Made by a program: the position numbers and the translations under genes
The notes under the pieces: model-generated
The model's input: only the letters and a program-made list of their open reading frames with translations
Told to the model about the DNA's origin: nothing
Databases searched by the model: none
Part shown: piece by piece, positions 26,688 through 40,435 of the stretch
Layout of the letters: each line of letters opens with the position of its first letter
How positions within the stretch are numbered: position 1 is the stretch's first letter
DNA from: Takakia lepidozioides
Taxonomy: Eukaryota; Plantae; Bryophyta
Direction: 5' to 3'
NCBI GenBank assembly: GCA_030704615.1
Contig: CM060734.1
Location: 59,768,001-59,832,000 of the forward strand
Length of the DNA: 64,000 nucleotides

Positions 26688-28664
26688 AAAAAATTTACAG
26701 TAGTTATTGCCCGGATACCATTGTGTCCCACATAAGGTCCCTGTGGAATATTTCCCCCACGCAGAGGTGCTGTAGATGTGCCAACTTGCTTCGCAAAAAT
26801 GCACATGGAGGCCTTATCACCCCAGGTCCCACAAATCAAACAATTTCCCTGGAAACTCTTAGAGAAGTTTTGATTTAGACATCCTTGACGTCATATTTAA
26901 ATTCTTGTCGTCTCTGGGAGGGGAATGAAAGTTTTTCTCTTTTTTCCTTTTCTCTTTCTGCAACGTCCTTTGCAAGCTTTCTAGATTATCAAAGCTTGCG
27001 CTCATGATCATCCAAATTGTCTATGGTACCTTCCTGTTCAAAAAAGGCTGCAACCTTGTAACCCTCTTGGTCACGGATACGAATCAGTAGCTTGTGATTG
27101 GTAAATAATTTCTTACCTTCGTCAATGATGCTGGTAAGTTTCTCGTTGGTTGATCCTTGGGCAGAGAGCTTTTTTAGAACAGCATCAAGATTATCTTCTG
27201 CATCGTGAAGGACCTCAAGAGTTTTCTCGTTGCTTTCATGTTGGAGAGGCTGCTCTTATGCACGATGATTCTTCCGCTCCATTTCTCTTTCCATCTGCTG
27301 GATCTTCCTTTGCAGGCTTGCATGTGCTTGATCCTGAGTTTGGACCATGTTAGATAAGGCCTTGAAGTGGGCAGTAGCCCATGCAGGTGCCCCAACATCT
27401 TGTGTACTGGGCCTAGCACATAGTGCTGGATCAATAGGGTGTGAGGGTTGGCCATCGTCGTCTGAAACATCTTCGTTTAAGTGCATGTGATAGCTGCCAG
27501 TGGGAGGTCCAGTGTGGTCGTGGGATTGGGCCTCCAAAGATTTGCTCCGATGTGACGTCTCGTGAGCGAGCCTTGTGACATGATTAAGCTCAGAAAGCAG
27601 TCGCACTGAAAATGGGCGTCCCTCATCGTGTGCCTGACCTTTGTTACGGGACTCCTTTGCCCTTCGTGTGGGGGGCATGACTCCTCTAAGTGGGGCCCAC
27701 ACAAGCTTCTCACTATGAGCAACTAGATTTGCTAATAAGTGAGGAGGCACAAAGAAATAAAATCTGCTGATAGTTCTTTGCTGCGCCAGTAGATCTCTTA
27801 CAGCAGCTGGTCAGTTACTGATCTAGTCAAGCTAACTACATCCCAATCCGCACCTTCCCACTTTCCCACTACCTGATCAATGGTCATTGGTACAAATCTT
27901 TGAGAAGAAATTGTAAGTTAATCATGTATTATTTACTACGAACTTTAAATTGTTACTTATTTCAATCGTTACAATTTTTCATATAGTCAACTCTCGTATG
28001 CAAGATTGCTTATTTTTAGTGGTTTTGCTGAAGTCAAGGCCAACGCGACAGATTCGTTCAGATGTATTCTACCGGTAGATCAATCCTCATATAATATATG
28101 ACATATAAGGCGCTACTTACAAAAATTGGATAGTGGAAATCGATGTAAGATCAGGTGATGATCCTGTCAACGAGTATCCTAACAAATCCCTGCATGGTAT
28201 AACTCGGCATTAAATACATAGATAGATGTAGAAATACATCACACATAAATACTTCAAGTAGATCACAAGATCATAAGACATGGCATATGACACGAGGATC
28301 ACACCCACTTATATAAGTAGGATGAGGGCTAGGGCCCTGGATATTCATCTTACAGCGTAATAAGCGCGGTCCATCCCATGTCTGCGTCAATCGATGGAGT
28401 CGAACCCGGAGAGTTGGTTTTGAGACAGGGGGTTGTTTTTTCATGAGTGATGAGCAGATGAGCCATGAGCCATGAGCGGAGTTCCCAAACCTCCTCCATA
28501 CCAAAATCCGAAGGGACGTTGGAGGCTCGGATCCGGTTCGGGATGTGTGCGAAGCTGATATGGCCACATACTTAATGTCTAGGATGTATAAATGCACGGT
28601 ATTGGAAGGTGTACCACCCAATTCCGCGCGTCACATATACTACCAGAGTTAACCGAGGGCGGAG

Positions 28665-31490
28665 GGAAACGAGAAGTCGGCAACGACTTCTCGTGCCTGG
28701 TGATCAGTAAAGTCTGTGCCGACTTCTGGAACAGAAGGTAGGGGAAATGTAACTTAAAAAGGGCATGCGGAAGTCTGTGCCGATTTCTCCCAAAAATAGA
28801 TCATGTGCTTCAGTAAATAGGAAAATACAAGGAAGTCTGTGCTAACTTCTGGCCCACAATGAAATGATATTAATTCGGAAAAAGGCAGGGACTGTGAATA
28901 TTGCTTAGAATGCAGATGTACTCCAACATTTTCCATGCTTCAAGACAATCAGTCATACTACTTTTTTGCTCCATCCATTGCATGGAGCTGCACACAAAAT
29001 AAACACGAAACAAATTTTTGAATTTACATAAATGTTTAAAGGTAACAAGGTTAAGGAGTGCCCTCACTAGTAGCGTCCCCATATTCCATCTCCACATCGT
29101 CCACCACTTTCTCGATGATCTCATCGACATCATGATCGTCCTCTTTTTCTGTCGATGGATCAGAGCTCTCACTACCTAGCACAACACTATATTCTACCAG
29201 ATGTTGAACCTTCCTAAACCTTTTAACCGCTCCAGGCATTCACCTTTTTGCCTCGATTGTCCCACCATTGATTAGGGTCGGAAAAGTGTTCATTCCAAAG
29301 CTTCTCCTCGATGGAGATCTGGTGAGCTCCTCTCTCAATACCTCCTTTGCACGCGCAACAACTTCTCTGGATACGCCTGTGGCACTCCTATGGGTGTGAC
29401 ATCCCACATGGACTGCACAATGTGTCATAGCAGGAGGTCCGCGGACGTAAAACATCTTCGCCGGACAAGCCTCCATACAGGTAGGAGCTTGGTTGCAAAT
29501 GGAGCAGACAAACGTCCTCTCCGGTACTATAATTTGTGCTTGAAATTTCGTATCCGACGTCCCCAGCCACAAAGTGTCGTTGTGATACCTCTCCCTCACA
29601 AAAACGCATTTCAAACTCCCAACACAGTTCACATATCTACAACACATGGCGTCACGAAGAAATTCAGTGAAGCGGGATGACAAACTCATATTGGTGCTGT
29701 TTGGGAAATCGGCACAGACTTCTCCAAGGACTTACAGGACTCTTGATATTGCAGAAAAATCTCATAGTGCCGCAAGATACCAATGTACACACGAGAAATC
29801 GGTGTCGACTTCTCCAAGAAGGTCGCACATTCTAAAATTGCAGAGCATTCTCATAATACCTGAATTCATTCGAAGATACACAGGAGAAATTGGCACAGAC
29901 TTCAGGAAGGATGAGACGGAGCAACAAACTTGATTGCCGTGTCTTTCCTATCTAGCAACTACAATTTCAGATTTGTAGTTTTTGTTATAGTCCATGGGTT
30001 TCCGTCATATTTCCGGTCCATGCCTTCCAGCTGGCCCGTTCGTACACAATGTCCCCATCTACTCTTCTAGGTAAATGGTTCACCTTCACTATTTGAACAC
30101 TATGAAAGTCGATCCTAGAAAGCTCGCTGCGGGATGTGGTGCTGGTGCGTAGGAGCTGCAAGATGTCCACCATTGAATTTGTAACCGCATCTACGGGTGT
30201 GGGAGTAAACATGTCGGCAACCACCTCATGTGCATCGTCGTCCTCCGTGGTGTTTGCACGCGTGCGCGGAGGTGCGGAGTGTGCTCGTCTACTGCCAACC
30301 ACCATGCAGTCCTCATCCTCCTCACTCAATATTTGAATACTCTCCGTCTTCACAGGACGTGAGCCAAATATGGATGCGGCAGTCGGTGGAGTAAGGGATG
30401 CCGACACACTCGACGATGATGCTTGCTGGCCATATACAATGTATTGTCGACCTGTTTCGTGTGGAATGACATAGGCCTGCGCAAAATCATTTTGTTTAGG
30501 ACTGACAATCCGAGTTTCCACAATGCCATCCTCTCCCACCTCCTCGACTTCGAAAATAGCCGTCCTAGGCTGCAATGCAAACCGAGATCTGAGAACCTTG
30601 TCTGCAAATATCACCGAACCATCTTTTGCTTCCACTCTTATAGACGCATTTTTGCAGATGGACAAGTTAGGCGAACGCGCTCAGCCATGTTGACAGTGAC
30701 AGAGTAGAAGGTGTGCTTTGAACAGAGTGCAAGTACAAACAGAATGATGTCAATGTTTGTATGTACATTGAGAAATTTGAAATGGAGCGGTCCTTGTCCA
30801 CCACTTTCCAGGTGGCGCAACTTTGGCCTTTAGCAAACGACATTCTTCTGGCATTTTCCAACGGCAACTTACCTGTCGGAATCCGCGTAAATTCCTAACA
30901 TTCTGACTGTTTGCCGGAAGTTTGCAACGACTTCACGGCAGTGCAACGTATCCTGCAGATGGACCCACGAAGTCCGTCGCAGCCATTCGAAATGGAACCG
31001 GCAAGTCGGTGCAGAATTGCATCTACGCAGAAGGCCGCAAAGCGCAAAAGAACCCGCAAAAAATGCGCAGCCCACTTCATGATGTCTTCTTCGGAAATGA
31101 ACTTGCCGGAAGTCTGCGCCGACTTCCGGAAATGGTCTGCCAGAATGTAGTTTTCGTGTAACGTGGACGCACGAAAATGGCAAGTCTGTGACGACTTCCG
31201 GCATTTTCTAACGAGAATCTGTCGAAATATGCCTAAATGGCCTGTCGAGACTCAGTTTTTAGGGGCAGGCATCAATATAACGTCCAAGTCGGTGCCGACT
31301 TGCCGGAAATGCACTCCCGGCGGCCGCGAAAGTCCAACTTTGGGCGGACTAACAGCAATGTCACCGGAAAGTCTGTGTCGACTTCCCGGAAAACCGACGG
31401 GCAGTCCTCGCATGCAATGTCAGGCGTCCAGGCTGCCCTTAGATTTGGGAATAGACCAGTCAGGAAGTCGTCACAGACTTCCCGGACCAT
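28665..31490 (-). mobile_element. Internally deleted MULE relative (element C) with a truncated GCM-like transposase and palindromic GAAGTC-N6-GACTTC repeats
   Basis: ORFs 30665-29985 and 29689-29240 align by eye to the N-terminal half of the element A/B transposase (SELSRIDF...LP...DGDIVYE; TFVCSIC...C...C.AKMFY...CAVHVGCHTH). No DDE or SWIM region is present. Similar palindromes occur at both ends; no TSD found. Confidence 0.7.
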
Positions 31491-32119
31491 ATGTCCTTCT
31501 CTTTGGCCGAGAGCCGGATTTGCCTGCATTTATTCGCAGGGAGGCTGCAGTAGTCCTCAACCTTGATGATCCGGATGTGTGGACACAAACATGTGCCCAA
31601 CGGGCAGAGTTGTTCAAGAGAGTCATACCTATGGATTTTGATAATCTTGCTATTGCCCAACACCGAGACACATTGAGGTATGCCACTATACGTGGAGGGG
31701 GATATCGGCCAAGTGTTCGGCGTTTCCATCTTGGGGACTATGTGTATCTGCAGCAGACAACACCTACGACCTTGGATGTCACAGCAGGACGTGTGATTCT
31801 AAGGGTCAGGGAGGTGTTGCCTTCTGGAGTGTTGATTCTGGAGGGTCGAGATGGCATGGTATGGAAGGACCATGTGCGCAATTGTGCGCCATGTCACCTT
31901 CCACATGTGGATGGGAGAATAGATCCCAACCTTGCAGTGGTACCTGTAGGATTGCGTTGCATGCTATGTGGGCATGCTCGTGGTGCCGCCACTATGCTGG
32001 TGTGTGATCAATGCTCAAGAAGTTGGCACATGGGATGTTTGACACCACCTCTTGAGAGGGTTCCTGATGGAATTGGTTATGTCTACACTGTTTGGGATAG
32101 TGGCAGTGGATATGACTAG
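31490..32119 (+). pseudogene. Ty3/Gypsy integrase C-terminus with a PHD finger
   Basis: PYVLLFGREP and FHLGDYVYL (integrase tail), then CMLC...MLVCDQCSRSWHMGCLTPPLERVPDG (PHD, frameshifted before the last CxxC). Confidence 0.8.
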
Positions 32120-32348
32120 TGGTAGCTAACAAGACATGGGAGGCCAAGCTCATAGGAGTCAATACCCGAGATCCCAGGCTCAAGTTCACAGGTTGCAAGA
32201 CGGCGACTAACGATTGGGCAACTCTTGTACCCGGCCTCTTGATCTATTGAGTTTGAATATAGTAGGGACAGTGGTGTGGCTATGGCCACTATCACATCTT
32301 GTGGCTACCTGGACTTAGAGAGACCTAAACGCCAGCTAGGGGGGCGAT

Positions 32349-32912
32349 TGTGATGGACTAGTGGCTGCACTAGTGGTGGCTAGTGGCAGTCTAGTGGTGG
32401 ACTAGTGGCTGCACTAGTGGCAGCCTAATGGTGGACTAGTGGCTGCACTAGTGGTGACTAGTGGTTGTCTAGTGGCAGCCTAGTGGTGCACTAGTGGTGG
32501 ACTAGTGATAGACTAGTGTTTGGTGTGCACATGTATTGTATGGTTGTAGACAACGATGTAGTTGTGTAGCGATATGTATGCGCACGACAGCTGTCAAGTT
32601 ATTTTACCACTTGTGTGAAACTAGCTATGAAATAATTAGTTTTTATATATTGACGTTTGGGATTGACCCAAGTGTCAATCCAGGGGCTAATACATGTTTG
32701 GGCACCTGGCGTTGTTATCTTCACGGCTGATCGCGGTGGGCTCATCTTTCTCGAGTTGAGCCTCTCCGCTTCTAGCTATGGCGCCGCAGTGTGGATTCCC
32801 CATGGCGTGGGGTGCACTTGGCTCGACTTGATATATGAGTGATGTTTTCAAGTGTATTGTGTGGTTGTAGACAGCGATGTAGTTGTGTAGCGATATGTAT
32901 GCACATGTCACG
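32349..32912 (+). mobile_element. Probable 3' LTR of the PHD-bearing Gypsy element
   Basis: Purine tract AGGGGGGCGA (~32338-32347) followed by TGTGA. Contains an ACTAGTGG array and a ~48-bp internal direct repeat (~32538 and ~32859). The right boundary is approximate. Confidence 0.55.
32357..32518. repeat. Minisatellite of ~11-bp units containing CTAGTGG
   Basis: More than a dozen CTAGTGG-like units seen directly. Confidence 0.9.
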
Positions 32913-34399
32913 GATGAAATATGCAACCTATGATGGCCCTGGACTGTTGTTTAATTAACCTTAATTATGGCTAATTAAGGAGTGAAACCCTAACCCCTAC
33001 CCTATAAACTACTGTTTAAACCTAGCTAACGGATGACATCCGTCGGGTTTCGAAAAAAATGGTGTTGATTACTTATCCTACACGGATGATAAATCGGGCA
33101 TGGCCCTAAGGTGTCTCTCCCGCCATCAGCAGCACTCCTTGTGCTTCTGACCTCGCGGGATGAGAGTTATGGCGTCTGCGTTTTGCTGCTACCCTGTCTG
33201 CTGCTTCGTACCCATGCTGGACGAGCTCCTGGGGATGCGCAATGGCGGCATTTTGTCTCTTCTCACAGGCGGGAGACAATGCTATGAATGCATCGTCTCT
33301 TTCCCTCCTCTAGCTTTTATGTTTCGCAGCGGCGCTTGTGTTGGGAAGTATCTCTCTCTCCCTTCTTAAACGTAGCAAGGGCGCTTGTATGCTTCACTTC
33401 TCCTTAGCTGTGCTGGAGGTGGCTTGCTGGTGGCAATGGCGCACAGTTATCTTCCCTAATCGCTCAAGATGCTTTTGGTGATTAGGGTTCCTTTTACTTT
33501 ATGTCTTTCTCTCTTGCTTTTGAGGTTCTTAGTTGACATCGATGACAAGTGTAGGGGTCTTTGATTCACCTGGGTTTCCACAATCCTCACTAACCTGTTG
33601 GTTTTTGTGGGGGCTTGTGATGGGACCAGGTGAGGATCCCTACTTGCTTTGAATTCTCTTGAGCTTGCAGATAAGGATGTCGGCAAAGGGAACCTATTCT
33701 GTGTGGCGTCATGACCTGGCTGCTGCCCGCAGCCCTGATTTCGGCCCGCTTGCTCCTAGTTTGGCATGCTGATGCTTACTTTTGACTTATGTTTTGCTGC
33801 CTTTGATGGAGCACTTCGGCCTGACAGGCCTGTCTCTTGAAGCCCATCATCTGGACCTTACCTTGTCTTGAATCTTTGACAATATTGCCTGTGGATTATT
33901 AAGCTAGGTATTGTTTTGATAAACATCTTAGACAACCCTAGACCTAATGCTCCCTTGCTGACATGATTCCAGACCAATCAATTCCTCATTCTCTGGTGAG
34001 TCATCTGGTATGGATGAAAGTCAATAAAAGAGGAATGAAAAAATCACCGCCAAGGTAATTCATCCGGTATGGATAAAAAATTGTTTTAGGGCGGGTGAAA
34101 ACACTATTTAGAATCCATCCGGTATAAATGGAAAAACAAGAAAAAAACACTGATAAAACCGGCCAATTCCAAGGAAGGAGGGAGAGAGAGGGAGAGATCA
34201 GGAAACAAAAAAAGAAAGTGGGGGGGGGGGGAGCGACTGAGCCCGTGGTGCCCAGCAGCTGCTAGTGGTGCTCAGTCTCCCCCCCCCCCCCCACCTTTTT
34301 CTTCTCTCTTTGTTCCCCCCTCTCGAAACCTCGAGCACTTGTTGCTCTCAGCCCCCGACATGCTTGGTTGTTTTTGCTTTTGATCTGGAATGTAGAGGT

Positions 34400-37320
34400 T
34401 GTTTCCTAATGAGGCCAACTTGTGGGTTTACATGACATGTGCCAGCTTATGGGGAAAGAGAAGAAGTCCCCTACCCCAAAGAAAGGGGCGGACAATCCGT
34501 TTGCTCTGCCGAGCACACCCACGGCCACCAAGACGGGTGAAATGTACCTTGGCAAGCACATCACCCGTTCGGGGGCCCGGTATGGGCAACTTTTGGATGT
34601 CACCCCCATAGCAACCCCTTCCTCCGCAACAAAGGCTGCACTTGCCAAGGCCCAACGTCAGGTTCAAGGGCTTTTGAAAGTGGTCGTTGCTAGCCCAACG
34701 TTGTCAATGAGGGGGGAAGAGACGAGGAGGGCCAATGAAGTGCGGGGGGGGGGGGGGGGGGGGGGGGGTGGAGGTATGGGCCGGATGCTCCACATCTGGA
34801 ATCTACTTCCAGTGGCGCTCCAGGAGGGGATAGCGCAGGCACATCTAGCAACGGGGACTCCTGCCACATTGGGTGACACCGGGGGCGAGTCGGACAAGCT
34901 TGCAAAGGTACAACTGTCGCACCTTGTTCCATGTTTTATCTTTTTTTTTGCATGCATCATTTTCTTTGTTCTTTGTTTCTTCTTTGGAATTTGGAGGGGT
35001 TATTTATCTTCAGGTTGCAGCAACATGGCTGGTCCCATTGGTGCAGTCCGGTGGGGTTGCCAATGAGGGAGAGCACGTGGTGTTCATGAAGGACCCGAAC
35101 ACCAAAGGTAAGAAGAATAGGCCTCGACCTCCCAAGATCCCTTTTACCTTCAATGAAGGGGCTGCCGAGGAGAGAAAGAGAAGGGAGAGGGAGAAGGAGA
35201 GAGAGGAAGTAGCGGGGAAGGGGAAGGAAAAGAAGAAGAAGAAGACGTCCCATGGAGAGGAAGGGGTGAGTGTGCATGCGGGGGAAGGGCAGTGGGGTAA
35301 CAAAGGAGCAGGGGAAGGAGGCTACAAAGAAGGGAGAGGGTGGGAAGAAGAACATGGCCTTGGCGATAGAGGACGTGGAGTTGGCAAAGATCGTGGTGCC
35401 ACCGGTGGAGGTGAATCGCCATGGTGACCCCTGCGGTGCGTTCTGGGAGGCTATGAAGAAGCCAGCCTTCGAACTCGTAATGAGGTGGTTCCCTTTGCAC
35501 ATTGAGTGTGCTGATTAGTAATTTGGCGCGAAGCGGGCGTATGCTCGTGAGTTAGACCGCCGGTTTCCGGGCAATTGGAGTGACACAAGGGTGATGGAGA
35601 TGGTGGGGCGAAACTTGAAGGACAGGAGGTACCGTGCCAGACAGATCATTCGGAGGGCAATGGAAAAGGGGGCCATACCCAAACCACCTTATGGAATTAC
35701 ACAGGTTGGCAAATCCTGAATCATTTCACCTTCCATTTGTCGCATGTGCATTAATGAGGTGGATTCGATGCAACATATGTGTGTAATTCACTAATTGTTT
35801 TGGGGGGGGGGGGGGGGTTGCATAGATTCGTGGGATGCACTCATTACGGGAGAGAATGATGCGGCAAACAAGGCCAAATTTGAGCGGGCACGCGAAGCAA
35901 CAACAGTCCGCCTTGACAAGCACAAATCCACACACAAGTGGCGTCGGCGGATCCAAAGGTTTTATCTTGCGATTTGTAAGTCGTACTTCCCTATGGATTT
36001 TGTTATGTCTTCTTTCTAGCTCCATCATTGTGAAGAACTGACTTTAATTTGTGGCATGTGTAGCAACGCACGTTTGAGAGGAAGCCATCTCCGGTAGAGT
36101 ACAACTACGCCAAGGAGCATGGTTGGCAATCCCTCATGAAGAACATGGCCAACACGGAGGGGATGAGTGCACTACAGGGCACTAGTATGGATGAGGTCGG
36201 GGGTCAAGGCCAGGGATTGGATGAGAACTTTGTGGGTCTTAGGGGAACGCCGCCTCCTTTAGGTGATTTGGTAAAGGGCGCGGAGTCATCAGACTCATCG
36301 GATAGCTCTGAGCCCTCCACTGAGGATGAGGATGAGGATGAGTACTCATAGTCTATGTAGGTCCCAGGGTCAGCCTACTGAACCCTTGTGAGCTTTTCAA
36401 CTCATTTCCTGTAAACATATTTCCATCTTCCATTTTTTCATCTTATTCATGTGTCGCACCGTCCTCATCCTCGATTCATGCTTGCTCAATTGTGTACCTG
36501 CAAAATCAGAGAAATAGAAGTTGTAAGGTCTTCCATCCCCAAAAACAAAACCAGGCAAAAAACAAAAACCACCCCAATTCACCCCCAAAATCAACCCCCA
36601 ACCCCCCCCCCCACCAGGCTGGCCTCGTGACTGCAAGACGTCGTAATTGGCGACGTGTTTTTTGGGCGGGGGTCGCAAGCCGCGATGGTGGGGCATTGCA
36701 AATTCCACTTGCTGGTGGCAACGCCCGACACCCCCTGCAACGTGTTTTTTTGGTCCAGGGGTCGCAAGCCGCGACGCCCTGGCGTCGCGGAGCCCCCCAC
36801 CCTGCCTGCGCCACATCTTTTATTTTTTGATTAAATATAAAGAAAGCGACGCCAGAGCGTCGCGAAAACCCACGCCCGGGCGTGGCAGAGCCCGACTCCT
36901 GCTCCTGCTATTTTTTGTTTTTGCCACACCCAATAGCCACTTGGCGTACCACCCGGCTTATGCCACGTGTTTTTGGGTTTTATGGTGGGACTTCCGGGCA
37001 GGTTAGAAAAAAAAAATGATACGACGTCGCGTCGTCGCCCCCACCAATGCCGTCAGCTGGAGGGTAGCGACAGCGAGATGTTGCTCGAACGAGGCCCCTG
37101 CCATCGGCGTGGACGGCCCGAAAAAACGACGTCCGGCAGTCGCGGGAGTTGGGGCGGGGGCTCGTGACCCCATACGTCGCATTTTTGCGACGTCTTTTTG
37201 GCGACACCCATGCGACTGCCGGGCAACGCAAATTCAACGCCTGCCCCGTGCCCGAAATGGGCATTTTCCCGACGTTGCGGCGTGGAGCGGCGTCGCAAAG
37301 GCCCCCCTTTTCTTGTAGTG
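34400..37320 (+). mobile_element. CACTA/En-Spm element, right part (TnpA/Ptta-like remnant, subterminal repeats, right TIR); left end not found
   Basis: Terminus TTTTCTTGTAGTG ending at 37320 (reverse complement CACTACAAGAAAA). Dense GTCGC/GCGAC subterminal repeats at 36630-37300. Broken ORF pieces such as HTSGVGGSKGF...FERKPSPVEY resemble Ptta-type proteins. Confidence 0.65.
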
Positions 37321-38483
37321 GCAACCTGACCTCGTGAACATTGTTTTCTTTCATAAGAGTCGTCATCTGAGCCAAAATATCATCCTCGTCATCACATAAC
37401 ACCTCAACATAGTTGGTTTGAGGAGCACCAGCATTGTCAGCCTCTACCCTGCAATTGCATGTGTTCTCATGATGCCCCATCATGTTGCAGATTGAGCACC
37501 TTACTCCCACATATCTGTCCGGTGGCCAGCCCTGTGGAATTTCCCACAGGTGATCTGCGCTCTCCCCGCTGTACATGTGGCAGCTATATGCTCTTTCTCT
37601 CCACAATTGTGACAGGTCCTCATAAATCCAACAGTCATCCGGCTCTGTGAAGTCTCTCCAACAATTGGTCCCTTTTCAAATTACCTTTGTAGTGTACTGG
37701 TGAGAGCATCAATTGTCTTGTCATAAGGATTAACATGCATAATGTTTTCAAAGTCCTCCCCATCCATCGGCTCCAAGGGTGTCTCCCCCAATCTCCCCAA
37801 ACCCCTTTCAATTTCCATAGCGGTCTCCAAGGCTTCCTCCACATCATTGAACCGTCTTCCCAACATGGCTCTCATAATTTCAGGCCTAAGACCTCCAATA
37901 AACCACTTTCGCTGCTCTACATCTGGGATACGTCCTCTTGTAAACAGCTTCTCAAGCTTATCATAATAAGCCTACACACGCTGCTTACTCTGTTGTTTGA
38001 TGCAGTCCATCCGGATCTTGATTTCAGCCTGGTCAATGTTGCCAAACTTGGCAACAATGGCATTGGAAAAATCCGGCCAATTATCAGGCCTTGGATTCTG
38101 TTTTCTGTACCACTTATTTGCCTTTGATTTAAGGTTGAGCCTGGCGACCTTGAAGATTTTATCTTCAGAGATCAGGTCCCTGACATCACCTTGCATTTGA
38201 ATTCTATCCACCCAATCATGAACATCCTCACTTTCCCTACCATGGAATGGGGCATCAATCCCTACTGGGCTGGTCATCTTGATACCCCTTTTACACCCTT
38301 ATTATACAATTTGTCTGAGAGCACACAGCATAACAAACCAGCACGCACAATCAGCCACATTCAGTCCTGGCTTTGCCTATATTTCCATTATCCTCCCCAA
38401 TCATCCATGAAACATCATTGTGAAGCTCAACCCGAGTATAGACCCACATAGACATTCCACAAAAATGACTAGCTCTGATACCA
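37321..38483 (-). pseudogene. Ty3/Gypsy gag remnant with tRNA-iMet primer binding site
   Basis: PBS TGGTATCAGAGC on the minus strand (38483-38472). Gag FHGRESEDVHDW...LKSKANKWY...WPDF...KFG, and zinc knuckles CHNCGEKEHIAATC and CSICNMMGHHENTC. Has stops and frameshifts; cut off by the CACTA end at 37320. Confidence 0.85.
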
Positions 38484-39361
38484 AAAGAGGGACCTACTCA
38501 ATGTACCCTATGTTACCCTTAAGTTGTCAGAGTTACTTTTAATCATTCTGCACCTGTGCTGCAACGGAAGGAGAAAACACAAGTGTAGATAGCACTTGAA
38601 CTGTTGGGATCCATACACCTGGTGATTGCATATGTGAGCAACGTCCCTGAGCACACAACAAAAATACAGGAAAGGGTGAAGCTCTTGAGATGGACCCACC
38701 TACTAATATTTATATGGTAATTCTATCACCAGAAAGGTCGTGACCGCCAGTAGGGCTGGGCAACAGAACCTCACGTTCACTCATTCCCTTGATTCCTTCA
38801 ATTAGGGCTGGTCATGGACTCTGGCCTTCACCTGCAATCCATGTTTACAAAGATCTTCACTAGGCTTGTCAATGCCACATCCCTTATCAATGCAGTGCAC
38901 TTACATACTACCCTAACTGACAGCGTAGCTACGGCGTGAGCCCAGCCCCGTGAGCCTAGGAGCCGAGCTCACGTTGTAGCTGCAAAGCATGAGCTGAGCT
39001 CATGCTTCAGGGAAGCGTGAGCGGCACAAATCTGCTGGAGAAGCAGGTCCTATAGGTGAGGATTGCAGGAAGAAGGCCTATTACCGTGGACAAAACAAAG
39101 GGGGCCACCATGCACCATGTCTGCAATGCCTGCACAAAAAGAGGAATATGAAAATATGGCAGATTTGAGCTCAGAATGATTGACACACTTTATTTCAATT
39201 CACAGATAGACGCTTACAATGAATGGCATGAGCATTTGCCCTGGTTTGGCGAACGAAATGTATGTGTTTGTCCTAAATGCAAAGTTTTTACACGGTAACC
39301 TGGAAACCAGCATGGGAAGCGGGCATGGCTCGTATGTGTTCAAAGAGAATTTGGCGGAGCC

Positions 39362-40435
39362 CTACCGCTGCAGAAGGGTGATTACTTCTCCGTAGCCTAG
39401 TGTGGCTTGGTGAATGAATTGGTCTCTCTTACCGTCGCAGCACATAATTACAAGGTATATGTAATATTGATGTTTGCAGGGGACCCACTTCCCTCTCATG
39501 CCGAGAGCGCCCTCACGCATCGTTACAAAATCCGGACAAGTGTACGTTGGGAAATTCCCCACGGTAACCTGATATTCTTTATCATGATGAACTGAGCCAA
39601 TAGACAGCACTGTGTAAATCCGTCCATACCCCGGGGCAGGGACTTCGGTGATACGAGTCACCCGAACCTGCAAAATTCTAGCCGATTCCATCTTGCATTC
39701 GTGAACTGCACCCGAAGCGACACGGCGCACTGTTTTCCATCTCTTTTTGTTGGGTGGGAGTTGGCACCGGGTGGAGGCATTGCCGGAGCATGTGGCACAT
39801 CTGTGCCGACAGTGCATGAGGGCACCACCCGGGACCATGCAAGACAGAACCCTCCCTCCTCCAACATGCTTATCTCGGTTGATGACAGCGACGTCCCAAG
39901 TTTTACGGGCCAAATTGCGGGGGAAGGGGGCTTCATTATCAACGAAGGATGAAGTGTTCCCTTGATGCATCGTGCCATATCGTCTGGGCAAAACCAGAAC
40001 TTGTGGTCCTTTGACTCCCCACTATGATAAGGTCGGAACAACCCTGTGAATGTTGGAGCTGGAGTCCCCCTGGAGCCTTTGCATATTTTGATTTGCATTT
40101 CTTGAAAGAGGGGTCCGAATTGCCATGCAAGCCACTCATTAGATCCTGGTGGGGCGTTCTATATGCCACTCACTATCAATGCAATCAGATTCATGCACCA
40201 TGGCCACCACCTCCTCCAATGGGATTCCTGCTGTTGTGCTTGCATGATCTGCACCTACTCCACTGGAGGAGGACCCACCTGGGAAGGGGCGGGCACACGA
40301 CTTAGTCTACACTGGAGACACCCTTGGTACAGAGAAATTGACCCTGTCCGGCCGATGGGAATCTCCATCCGACCCTGGAGGAGTGTTCAATTTCCTTTTG
40401 CATGATCCAAATCTTTCCTCGCCTTCCAAATGGGG
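39362..40435 (-). pseudogene. Element B transposase, 3' part (SWIM zinc finger), frameshifted
   Basis: PHLEGEERFGSCKRKLNTPPGSD, TPAPTFTGL, KFWFCPDD.ARC and YQVTVGNFPTYTCPDF...PCKHQY, all colinear with the element A C-terminal exon. Confidence 0.9.

Larger units (their letters stand above)
24650..27900 (-). mobile_element. Degenerate DIRS-like (tyrosine-recombinase class) retrotransposon: gag, RT, RNase H, MT; ends not resolved
   Basis: Gag-like segment EGKKLFTNHKLLIRIRDQEGYKVAAFF (~27000-27240). RT ORF 26381-25293. RNase H remnants TGWG.W and STSST*LEL (~25130-25250). Dam-like MT remnant at ~24660-24840. No recombinase seen. Confidence 0.8.
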
